Part shown: piece after piece, positions 44,780 through 53,819 of the stretch
Numbering within the stretch: position 1 is the first letter of the stretch
How the letters are laid out: each line of letters begins with the position of its first letter
Assembly: GCA_965217585.1 (NCBI GenBank)
Contig: OZ244561.1
Span: forward strand, 4,320,001 to 4,384,000
Reading direction: 5' to 3'
Origin: Candidatus Latescibacterota bacterium
Lineage (GTDB): Bacteria > Latescibacterota > UBA2968 > UBA8231
Length of the DNA: 64,000 nt
Notes under the pieces: model-generated
The model's input: only the letters and a program-made list of their open reading frames with translations
Databases searched by the model: none
What the model was told of the DNA's origin: nothing
Translations under genes and position numbers: made by a program

Positions 44780-46741
44780 ATGCAAGTTCTAAGAAAGAAG
44801 AATCAGGACGCGGCTTCTGTAGCGGGTGTTACGGTGCGCTCTCTGCTGGTCGGGTCTCTGATGACTCTGGGCATCAGCACCATAGCGCCCTACAGCAACA
44901 TGATCCTGCGCGGCTCGAACTTTGCCCTCGATTTCAGTACGGCCGGCGCTATTTTTTTGTTTTTTCTCTTTGTTTTTTTTGTTCAAACCGGGCTCAAGGC
45001 CCTGCATCCCCGCTTGAGCCTGCGGCGTCAGGAACTGGTGGTCATCTATATCATGGCCATCGTGGGCTGCGCCATTCCCAGTATGGGGCTCACCGAATAC
45101 CTCCTGCCCATCATTAGCGGCGTGCTCTACTACGCCACTCCGGAGAACGAGTGGGCAGAGCTGATTCATCCGTTTGTTCGCCCTTGGCTCGTACCGCAAG
45201 ACTACGATGCGGCCCGGTATTTCTACGAAGGTCTGCCGCAGGGGATGCCCATACCGTGGTCCGCTTGGTCGGTGCCCCTATTAGCTTGGATGCCCCTCAT
45301 CCTGTGCGTGTACGTGGCCATGATTTGCATTGCGGTCATCTTGCGGCGTCCCTGGATCCAGGACGAACGCCTGAATTATCCGCTCATTCAGGTACCCATC
45401 GCCATGATTGCCGAGGGCGGGCCAACCGACAGACTCAGCCCATTTTTTAAGAATCCGATCATGTGGGCGGGCTTTGCCATTCCCTTCTTCATCGGCTCCA
45501 TCCGCGCCCTGCACAACTACTACGACTTTGTCCCTGATATCGTTATGGTCACCAGCATCCCGCTTTTCCGCAATACCACCAACCTGCAGATCGCCCTGAG
45601 CTTCCCCATGGTGGGTTTCGCCTTTCTGGTCAATCTCGATATCGCTTTTAGTATCTGGTTTTTTAACCTAGTCGGTCGCGTCCAGGAAGGCACCCTTGGC
45701 ATTCTGGGTGTGGCGAGTACAGAAAAGCTCAATTTCGCCACCATCCCCATCTTCGCCCACCAGGGCATGGGTGCCATGATCGTGCTGGTATTCTTCAGTC
45801 TGTGGATGGCCCGCCGGCATCTGGTGCGGGTTTTCCGCAAGGCGTTCATGGGGCTTCCAGATGTCGATGATTCAGACGAGATGCTCTCCTACCGGACCGC
45901 TGTTTTCGGCCTTATAGCGACGAGCCTTTTCATCGGGGTCTGGCTGGCACTGGCGGGTTTGGCATGGTGGGTGGTGCCCATCTACTTATTCGCCATGTTC
46001 ACGCTGTTCGTCGGCATTACCCGGGTTGTGGCCGAAGGTGGTATTGCCGCCACCCGGGCACCGCTGATCGCCGCGGATTTTGTCACCTCGGGTCTGGGCT
46101 CGGCAGTGCTCGGAGGCCAGACCCTCACGGCGCTAAGTTTCACTTATGTTTGGGCCGCTGACATCCGCACCTTTGTCTTGGCGTCCTGCGCCAATGGCCT
46201 CAAATTGGCCGAAGAGTATTTGAGCGGGAGCAAACGAGCACTTTTTGCCGCCATCATGCTGTCCATCTGCATTAGTCTGGGGGCTTCGATCTGGATCGTA
46301 CTCTATCTGAGCTATACCTACGGGGGTGTCAATCTAGAGCCTTGGTTTTTCATCAGCGGCCCCCAAGTGCCCTTCAAATTTGTGGCGCGCGAGTTCCAGA
46401 ACCTAGACGCCCCCGATCTGGTAGGCTGGATCTCGACCCTAGTCGGCGGCGGGGTCATGGCCCTACTGATGATCGCGCGTCAGCACCTGTTCTGGTGGCC
46501 CCTGCACCCGCTCGGGTATGTCGTCAGCGCCAGCACCTACCTGACCAACTACATTTCTTTTAGTGTCTTTTTGGCCTGGCTAATCAAAGCCATCATTCTC
46601 AAGTACGGAGGCCCGGCCTATTTTCGGCAGGCCTGTCCTTTCTTTTTGGGATTGATTCTGGGCCAGTTTTCCGTGGCAGGGGCGTGGCTGGTTATCGACT
46701 ACTTTACGGGCATGACCGGCAATTCCATTTACTGGGTATAG
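44780..46741 (+). CDS. DUF6785-like polytopic membrane protein (putative transporter), paralog 1
   Basis: YYATPENEW, W...ERLNYPL, FWWPLHPLG, LKYGG...PFFLGLILG. Confidence 0.7.
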   Translation: MQVLRKKNQDAASVAGVTVRSLLVGSLMTLGISTIAPYSNMILRGSNFALDFSTAGAIFLFFLFVFFVQTGLKALHPRLSLRRQELVVIYIMAIVGCAIPSMGLTEYLLPIISGVLYYATPENEWAELIHPFVRPWLVPQDYDAARYFYEGLPQGMPIPWSAWSVPLLAWMPLILCVYVAMICIAVILRRPWIQDERLNYPLIQVPIAMIAEGGPTDRLSPFFKNPIMWAGFAIPFFIGSIRALHNYYDFVPDIVMVTSIPLFRNTTNLQIALSFPMVGFAFLVNLDIAFSIWFFNLVGRVQEGTLGILGVASTEKLNFATIPIFAHQGMGAMIVLVFFSLWMARRHLVRVFRKAFMGLPDVDDSDEMLSYRTAVFGLIATSLFIGVWLALAGLAWWVVPIYLFAMFTLFVGITRVVAEGGIAATRAPLIAADFVTSGLGSAVLGGQTLTALSFTYVWAADIRTFVLASCANGLKLAEEYLSGSKRALFAAIMLSICISLGASIWIVLYLSYTYGGVNLEPWFFISGPQVPFKFVAREFQNLDAPDLVGWISTLVGGGVMALLMIARQHLFWWPLHPLGYVVSASTYLTNYISFSVFLAWLIKAIILKYGGPAYFRQACPFFLGLILGQFSVAGAWLVIDYFTGMTGNSIYWV

Positions 46742-46747
46742 ACTCCC

Positions 46748-47473
46748 TCAGCCTTCGTCGTATCCCTTTACGGGCCGTGCCCAGATATTGCGATAGCGCA
46801 CTAAATCGCCGTGATCTTGCAGGCGAAGTGGGCCAGCGGGGGGATGCGCTTCGTAGCGATAGACGCCGCGGTGGCCCGTGGGGCCTAAGACCTCGACGTG
46901 GTGGTGGACCAAGACGCCGTTGTGGACCAAGGTGAGGTAGGCCGGGCTGATCAGCTTGGTGCCGTTGAAGCGCGGGGCCGTCCAGAAGATATCGTAGGTC
47001 TGCCATTCGCCGGGTGGACGGCAGGCGTTGACCAGCGGCGGGTACTCGCCATAGACGGCGGCCGTGGTGCCGTCGGCATACGTGGGGTTGTCGTACCCGT
47101 CGAGGACTTGGATCTCGTATAGGCTCATGAGGAAGACGCCGCTGTTGCCGCGCCCTTGGCTCTCGCCTTTGACCTCGCTAGGGCAGGCGAATTCGAGATG
47201 ATACTGGACGTCGCCAAAGCACGCCGTGCTCACGATGTCGCCGGAACGGGGCACGACCTCCATGTAGCCGTCGGCCACCTGCCAAGGGGCGTCGCCGCCG
47301 TTTGCGCTCTGCCAGCCGTCGAGGCTGGTCCCGTCGAAGAGGACGACCCCGTCTGAGGGGGGGCTGTTGTCGCTGCCGGGGGTCACGACCGCCGGGGCGG
47401 GCCGCTGGTGATCATGGACGCAATAGGGTGAGTTGGGTAGCAGGGGGGTATCGTCGTACCCTGATTTGCCCAT
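46748..47473 (-). CDS. DUF1080 / 3-keto-disaccharide hydrolase
   Basis: LFDGTSLDGW, GNSGVF, YEIQVLD, WQTYDI, LQDHG..VRYRNIW. Confidence 0.9.
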   Translation of the reverse strand: MGKSGYDDTPLLPNSPYCVHDHQRPAPAVVTPGSDNSPPSDGVVLFDGTSLDGWQSANGGDAPWQVADGYMEVVPRSGDIVSTACFGDVQYHLEFACPSEVKGESQGRGNSGVFLMSLYEIQVLDGYDNPTYADGTTAAVYGEYPPLVNACRPPGEWQTYDIFWTAPRFNGTKLISPAYLTLVHNGVLVHHHVEVLGPTGHRGVYRYEAHPPAGPLRLQDHGDLVRYRNIWARPVKGYDEG

Positions 47474-47653
47474 TTGGACGAGCTCCTTGTTGGGGTGAGA
47501 TGGGTTGGGATATAAAGGGAGCAGGACGCGCTCGCGTCAATAGCCCGTCCTTGGGCATCGCATTATATTGAATGCCATTCAACTCAAGGACGTGGCTGTG
47601 CGCCCGTCGCTGTCATCTACTAACTCTTTCACACCGAGCACCGGAGACCGTTC

Positions 47654-49066
47654 ATGCCTCGTCCCAACATCCTCTTCATTATGACCGACGACCACGCGGC
47701 CCACGCCATGAGTTGCTATGGCAGCCGCATCAATAGAACGCCCAACCTCGACCGCATTGCCCAAGGCGGCATGCGCTTTGACAACTGCTTTTGCACCAAT
47801 TCGATTTGCGGCCCCTCCCGCGCCACCATCCTCACCGGCACGTACAATCACGTCAACGGCATGACCACCTTGAACTCGCGCCACGACAATCGCCAGCTCA
47901 ACTTCGCCAAGCTCTTGCAGGGCGTTGGCTACCAGACCGCCATCGTCGGCAAATGGCACCTAGGCCAGGGGCCGGCCCACTGGCCTACTGGCTTCGACTA
48001 CTACAACATCCTCCAGGGCCAAGGCCCCTATTTCGACCCGGAAATGGTGTGCAACGGCGACAAGGTCCAATACCAAGGCTACACCACCGATATTATCACC
48101 GACCTGTCGCTCGACTGGCTCCAGGCGCGCGACAAGGAGCGACCCTTTTGTCTGATGTACCACCACAAGGCCCCCCACCGCCCTTGGGAGCCGGACGAAA
48201 AACACGCCCATCTGTACGAAGACGAGGATATCCCCGAGCCGGAGACCTTTGACGACGACTACCAGAATCGGGCCGCCGCCGCCGGGGCCGCCAAAATGCG
48301 GATTGATCGCGATCTCAACGCCACGGATCTCAAGCGGCCCGTACCCGCAGGACTGACCCCGGAAGAGGAAAAGAGGTGGAAGTACCAGCGCTATATAAAG
48401 GACTATCTACGCTGCGTCGCCTCGGTTGATGACAACGTCGGCCGCGTGCTCGACTATCTCGACGCCGAGGGCATTGTCGACGACACCCTCGTCGTCTATA
48501 CCTCGGACCAGGGGTTTTTCCTCGGCGATCACGGCTGGTACGACAAGCGCTTCATGTACGAGGAATCGCTGCGCATGCCCTTCCTCATCCGCTATCCCCG
48601 CGCCATTGCCGCCGGCAGCGTCAGCGCCGACATGATCCTCAACGTTGACTTTGCCCCCACTTTCCTAGACTACGCCGGCGTCGCCATTCCCGACTCATTC
48701 CAGGGCCGCACCCTGCGCCCCGTGCTGGAGGGACGAACCCCGGACGACTGGCAGACCGCGATGTACTATCGCTACTGGATGCACTTGGCGCACCACCACG
48801 TGTACGCCCACTACGGGGTCCGCACCCTGCGCTACAAGCTCATCTACTACTATGCCGACGCCCTAGCCCAGCCCGGTGCGCTAGACGAGAGCAAAGAGCC
48901 AGAATGGGAATTGTTCGATCTGGAAAAAGATCCATGCGAACTGGTCAATGTGTACCACGACTCGGCCTACGCCGAAGTGGTACGCCAATTGCGCGGGGAA
49001 TTGCGCCGCCTACAGGATAAAGTGGGCGATCAGCCCTATGCGGAGGAACGTCCGCTGCCGAATTGA
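47654..49066 (+). CDS. FGly-dependent sulfatase (S1)
   Basis: PNILFIMTDDH, CGPSRATILTG, GKWHL, SDQG, DKRFMYEES. Confidence 0.95.
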   Translation: MPRPNILFIMTDDHAAHAMSCYGSRINRTPNLDRIAQGGMRFDNCFCTNSICGPSRATILTGTYNHVNGMTTLNSRHDNRQLNFAKLLQGVGYQTAIVGKWHLGQGPAHWPTGFDYYNILQGQGPYFDPEMVCNGDKVQYQGYTTDIITDLSLDWLQARDKERPFCLMYHHKAPHRPWEPDEKHAHLYEDEDIPEPETFDDDYQNRAAAAGAAKMRIDRDLNATDLKRPVPAGLTPEEEKRWKYQRYIKDYLRCVASVDDNVGRVLDYLDAEGIVDDTLVVYTSDQGFFLGDHGWYDKRFMYEESLRMPFLIRYPRAIAAGSVSADMILNVDFAPTFLDYAGVAIPDSFQGRTLRPVLEGRTPDDWQTAMYYRYWMHLAHHHVYAHYGVRTLRYKLIYYYADALAQPGALDESKEPEWELFDLEKDPCELVNVYHDSAYAEVVRQLRGELRRLQDKVGDQPYAEERPLPN

Positions 49067-49127
49067 GCTAGGTGAAGCCCAAAGCGGTACACTCGCAGGT
49101 TTTAAGACAACTGCTGGGAGAAAACTC

Positions 49128-50948
49128 ATGCCCGAATCATATCGCGGTTCACATCAGCAGTACGACGCGATTTGCCAATCCAACGCGATGATTCCGATGC
49201 GCGATGGCGTATGCTTGGCAACCGACATCTACTTTCCTACGCTGGGCGATCAGCCGGCGGCGGGAAAATTTCCGGTAATTTTGGAACGCACCCCCTACGA
49301 CAAGGCGGCCGCGGGAAATGTGACGAATGGTGCGTACTACGCTCGGCGCGGCTACGTCTGTGCGATTCAGGATGTGCGCGGCCGCTTTGCCAGCGACGGC
49401 GAGTGGTATCCATTTGCCAAAGAAGCCCCCGATGGCTACGACACGGTGGAATGGCTCGCCGCGCAAGAGTGGAGTGATGGACAAATCGGCACGATGGGTG
49501 GGTCGTATTGCGGCAGCGATCAGTCGGCGCTGGCAACGCTCAATCCGCCGCATCTGGCGACGATGATTGTCGCTGTTGGCGCGTCGAATTACTACCACTG
49601 TTCGATGCGCCAAAACGGTGCGCTCGAACAACGGTTCATGATCTATGCCTTCCGCATGGCGACCACCAGCAAGGAAGCGCTTGCCGATGTTAACATCAAA
49701 GCCGCGGTTGACAGGGCGTTTGCCAATGTGGACGAGTGGGTGTCGCGTGCTCCGCTCAAGAAAGGCACATCGCCGTTGCGGATGCTGCCGAATTACGAGC
49801 AATGGGTGCTCGATCTATTCACGCACGGAGAATACGACGATTACTGGAAGCAACGCGGGTACGCCATCTCTCAGTATTACGAGGAGCACGCCGATGTGCC
49901 GACGCTCTACCTCGGTGGATGGTATGACTCGTATGCGCGGGCGACCTGCGAGAATTTTACGGCACTCAGCAAAATGAAAAAGTCGCGGCAGGTGCTGTTG
50001 ATGGGGCCGTGGACGCACGGTGGCTGGAGTGTGTCGAATGCCGGCGATGTCGATTTCGGCAATCACTCCTTTATTAATTACAATGACCTGCGGCTGGCGT
50101 GGTTCGACCACTTCCTCAAGGGGCTGCACACAGAAGTCGCTGCCTGGTCGCCGGTCAAGATTTTCGCAATGGGCACTGGCGAGGGCACAGCCAACTATCA
50201 GGGACGCCTCCATCACGGCGGCCATTGGCGCGACGAGCAGGACTTTCCCCTGCCCGACACCCAGTTCACGCCGTACTATCTGCACGCCGCTGGCGAGCTG
50301 TCCACCGCGCTACCAACCACTGGTCACCCAGCAAGCCGCTTTAGCTTTGATCCGCGCGATCCCGTTCCAACTATTGGCGGTGGAATCTCCGCTGCGGACC
50401 CCATCATGGGTGCTGGTGCGTTTGACCAGCTAGGGGACTCTAGGTTCTTTGGCTGCAAAGACACCCTACCTCTCAATGCCCGCAGCGATGTCCTGACCTT
50501 CCAGACCGATCCGTTAGAGAACGATGTGGAAGTCACGGGGCCAATTACGGTCAAACTCCACGCCTCATCATCGGCCCGCGATACTGACTTCACAGCCAAA
50601 CTGATCGACGTTTGTCCATTGAGCGATGACTATCCCGATGGGCTTGCTATCAACCTGACAGACTCGATCATTCGCGCCCGCTACCGAAATAGTTGGGATG
50701 CTCCAGAATTATTGGAACCGGGGAAGGTTTACGAGTTCGTCTTTCAACTGTATCCAACGTCCAACGTCTTCAAGAAGGGACATCGGATTCGCTTAGACAT
50801 TTCCAGCAGCAACTGGCCGCGCTTTGACGTGAATCCGAACACGGGCGGCGATTTGGGCTTTGAGCGGCGGTTTGAGATTGCAGAGCAGACGATTTATCAC
50901 GAGCCCGAACACCCGTCGCATGTGGTTTTACCTATTCTTGAGCGCTAA
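49128..50948 (+). CDS. CocE/NonD family hydrolase (peptidase S15)
   Basis: IPMRDGV.L, RTPY, DVRGRF.S.G, GGSY, GPWTH, SSSNWPRF. Confidence 0.92.
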   Translation: MPESYRGSHQQYDAICQSNAMIPMRDGVCLATDIYFPTLGDQPAAGKFPVILERTPYDKAAAGNVTNGAYYARRGYVCAIQDVRGRFASDGEWYPFAKEAPDGYDTVEWLAAQEWSDGQIGTMGGSYCGSDQSALATLNPPHLATMIVAVGASNYYHCSMRQNGALEQRFMIYAFRMATTSKEALADVNIKAAVDRAFANVDEWVSRAPLKKGTSPLRMLPNYEQWVLDLFTHGEYDDYWKQRGYAISQYYEEHADVPTLYLGGWYDSYARATCENFTALSKMKKSRQVLLMGPWTHGGWSVSNAGDVDFGNHSFINYNDLRLAWFDHFLKGLHTEVAAWSPVKIFAMGTGEGTANYQGRLHHGGHWRDEQDFPLPDTQFTPYYLHAAGELSTALPTTGHPASRFSFDPRDPVPTIGGGISAADPIMGAGAFDQLGDSRFFGCKDTLPLNARSDVLTFQTDPLENDVEVTGPITVKLHASSSARDTDFTAKLIDVCPLSDDYPDGLAINLTDSIIRARYRNSWDAPELLEPGKVYEFVFQLYPTSNVFKKGHRIRLDISSSNWPRFDVNPNTGGDLGFERRFEIAEQTIYHEPEHPSHVVLPILER

Positions 50949-50984
50949 GCGAGCCATCAAACGTACAGGTGAAAAATACGCCGC

Positions 50985-51992
50985 TCACAAACGCATTCCC
51001 TGCTCTGTGAACCAATCGAAGGTGTCGCGGATCGACTCTGCAAGTGGCCGAGATTCGTATCCCAATAGTTCCCTCGCTGAGGATTGATCAACGGATACCG
51101 GGCAGTCGCGCAAGAGTTTGAGCGAGTTTCGGGAGTAAAGAGGCGGTTGGGTTCGCCTCGCGGCATATTTAATCAAGGGCAAACCTGCCCGAGCCAGAGA
51201 ATAGGGTATGACAGGGCGCATCACGCTATGTCCCAAGACCTGAGAACACAGACGCGCCAGTTGAATGGTCCTTGCGTATCGCCCCGCGGTAAAATGAACC
51301 TCGCCCCCGTATTCGTTGGTCCCCACCGCATTCGCTATGGCATGCGCCACGTCGCGCACGTCGCTCCACCAAAATCCCCCGTTGACGAGACACGGAAGCT
51401 GCTTGCGTGCTAGGGCGAGCAACGCGCTGCCGGCGAGGGTCGGCTCGCTGTCGCCGGGACCTATGAGGGCCGAAGGACAGACGATAGATGCATTGATCCA
51501 ACCGCCTCTCGTCGCGTCAAGCACGCTTATATGCGCTTCGGCTTTTGTGGCCTTGTAGGGGATTTTGGAATGCTGATCCAGTTTTGAGCTGACGCTTAGA
51601 GTCGTTCCACGCAGCGGGCTAAATGCGTGGATGGAACTGATGTGTACCAGTTTGCGGACGCTGTTACCAATACATGCTTGAATCACATTGCGGGTGCCCG
51701 TCAGGTTGACTTCATCAGCCAAACCTGTGGGATCAGCGTCAATTGGCACAACCTCGGCGCTGTGGACGACGGCGTGAGTATTTTGGAGTGCTTGGTTCAA
51801 CGACTCAGGATTGCGGACATCGGCAGGCCGCAATTCGACCTGTTCGCTCAGGTCCTCGGGAAGTTGGCGATTGCTACCCTCGGACGTAACAGCGCGCACC
51901 GCATACCCGCAGTGCAACAAGGCGCGGCATATATGGCTGCCGAGAAAGTCCGCAGCACCGGTCACCGCCACTGTGCTATCTGTGTCTTCCAT
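50985..51992 (-). CDS. NAD-dependent epimerase/dehydratase (extended SDR)
   Basis: VTGAADFLG, HISS, YKATK, DVRDVA. Confidence 0.8.
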   Translation of the reverse strand: MEDTDSTVAVTGAADFLGSHICRALLHCGYAVRAVTSEGSNRQLPEDLSEQVELRPADVRNPESLNQALQNTHAVVHSAEVVPIDADPTGLADEVNLTGTRNVIQACIGNSVRKLVHISSIHAFSPLRGTTLSVSSKLDQHSKIPYKATKAEAHISVLDATRGGWINASIVCPSALIGPGDSEPTLAGSALLALARKQLPCLVNGGFWWSDVRDVAHAIANAVGTNEYGGEVHFTAGRYARTIQLARLCSQVLGHSVMRPVIPYSLARAGLPLIKYAARRTQPPLYSRNSLKLLRDCPVSVDQSSARELLGYESRPLAESIRDTFDWFTEQGMRL

Positions 51993-52012
51993 GATCGCTA
52001 TTCAGCCTTTCC

Positions 52013-53386
52013 CTACGACCAATTCTTTGGCCAGGAAAAATGCGCGTTGATATCTTCCACGTATTTCATCGGTGCATTGGGTTCAATATTAAACAGCGCG
52101 TCCAGCGTCTCCAACCCATGCTTATAAGATTTTGTCTCTTTGCTTTCGAGCACGCCAAACAGCATCATCGATTTATCGCCCGATAAGACCGCTTCGAGGG
52201 TGCGCTCCATGTCGAGCCAATCGGGATAGATACATTCCAGCATAATTTTCTTGGGCAATGGCGGCACGCGCAAAGGCTGAATGCCTTTCTTATTGACAAT
52301 CGCGGGGACTTCCACCGCCACGTCGTCGGGAATGCCCGGCAGGGCGCCGCAATTGGGCACATTCACCTGAAACTGGCCTTCGACGTTGTTGACCAGCCCA
52401 TTCATAATGGGAATATGCTGTTCGGGCGTCAGCTGATCGCCAAATAGATCAATCGGGCGGATTTTCTCGTCATAGGCCGCCGCTTTCATCTGCTCGTATT
52501 TTTTGGCCTTGCCAGCTAAAACCTCATCGCGTCCAGCCGGCGTGTCTTTGCCGCCATTGGGATCGTACCAGTATTTCCGCGCCTCCAAATCCGTGTGATA
52601 CCACCAGCCGCCCCGCCGAGGCGTATCGCCAATGGGCATCAGGCCATACATCTTGTATTGATGAATCGCCGCGCGCGACATCTGCGTGGGGATTGCCTTG
52701 CCTGCTCGGGTCATCTTCTCCCAATACGCCTCGCTTTCTTCGGCAATCCACTGATCCAGCCTTGGATACATGTCTTCGTTGTCATAGATGAAATCCGTCA
52801 GCCAAATATTGTGGTTCAGCCCCGGTGCCTGCCACGTCACCTCATCGGGATTTAATCCCAGTGTGTGCGCCACACCTGCGTAGCCGTAATGTCCGTGACA
52901 CAACCCACACGCCTTAATCCCCGTCTCCCGCGTCATCAATGTCGTTCCGTCAAAAACCGGATTGCCGGCCAACAAAATCCACGCATCGGGACACAGTTTC
53001 TCCATGTCCTTTGCTACATCTAGTATCAGTTGCAAATTGTGATATTCGGGCATCCCAGTTCTGTCGTAAAAATAGCCGATTTTGGCCGTCATTTTGCGCC
53101 GGCGCTGCATGAAATACTCATTGTGCGTCACCGTTGCCGTATTGATCACAAAATCGGCGTCTTTTAGCGCAGCTTCCTGATCCGTGGTTTTCGCAAACGT
53201 CATATCTGCGCCCAAGTCCTCGGCATAGCGCCGCCCGAGTGCATAAATGACATCGAGCACTTCCTCGTTGATATCCATAAAACAAACGTGGCTGCCGTTT
53301 AGTGCCTTGGTCAGACACAAATCCTTCACTAGGCCGAGCGAAAATACCACGCTGCCCGCGCCAAAAATCGTCACCTTATTGGCCAT
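52013..53386 (-). CDS. Family 4 glycoside hydrolase (NAD+/Mn2+ alpha-glucosidase/galactosidase)
   Basis: IFGAGS, GNP, GLCHG, GLNH, PIGDT, VEVPA. Confidence 0.9.
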   Translation of the reverse strand: MANKVTIFGAGSVVFSLGLVKDLCLTKALNGSHVCFMDINEEVLDVIYALGRRYAEDLGADMTFAKTTDQEAALKDADFVINTATVTHNEYFMQRRRKMTAKIGYFYDRTGMPEYHNLQLILDVAKDMEKLCPDAWILLAGNPVFDGTTLMTRETGIKACGLCHGHYGYAGVAHTLGLNPDEVTWQAPGLNHNIWLTDFIYDNEDMYPRLDQWIAEESEAYWEKMTRAGKAIPTQMSRAAIHQYKMYGLMPIGDTPRRGGWWYHTDLEARKYWYDPNGGKDTPAGRDEVLAGKAKKYEQMKAAAYDEKIRPIDLFGDQLTPEQHIPIMNGLVNNVEGQFQVNVPNCGALPGIPDDVAVEVPAIVNKKGIQPLRVPPLPKKIMLECIYPDWLDMERTLEAVLSGDKSMMLFGVLESKETKSYKHGLETLDALFNIEPNAPMKYVEDINAHFSWPKNWS

Positions 53387-53635
53387 TGGACCCTCCTCGA
53401 TGAAAAAATTCCAACAGGAATCTAAGTTGTAGTGCAGCCTGATTTAGGTTTATTGGTAATCACCCAAGATTAAACTAAGACCTAAATACAGAAGCTGCAC
53501 CATACTTATACATAACGTGAGTTCGGGTTATCTGCTTAACATAGGAAGGAAAGGAATCATCCTCATTCTACGCAAATCCACCCTGGGCCTTCACCGGCCT
53601 TTCACACAAAATCCGGTAGTATCAAAAAATTCATC

Positions 53636-53669
53636 TTGACATCCACATGGATGTCGTTGCATATATACT
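53636..53669 (+). promoter_or_regulatory. Promoter with overlapping palindromic operator
   Basis: TTGACA at 53636; GACATCCA-CA-TGGATGTC at 53638-53655; TATATACT downstream. Confidence 0.55.
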
Positions 53670-53670
53670 G

Positions 53671-53729
53671 CACCTAAACCGTCGGCGGCAGAGGCCAAAA
53701 AGCTCGGTCGGTTTTCATGCAACAAAGCC
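53671..53729 (+). promoter_or_regulatory. Conserved leader motif, copy A
   Basis: Shares an identical 21-mer CGGTTTTCATGCAACAAAGCC and an alignable stem with copy B (59942-60001, minus). Confidence 0.6.
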
Positions 53730-53819
53730 CCAGAAAGGAGATGAAGGGGAATAGGCAATTGAGATAGGGCAATACTCACCTCAAATAGTAAACTATCCTA
53801 TAATTAAGGAGAATTACGC

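Noticed and set aside
53700-53720. Leader motif as a sigma54 promoter or c-di-GMP-I riboswitch
   Set aside because: GG-GC spacing is 11 or 7, not 10; GEMM elements are not in the right order
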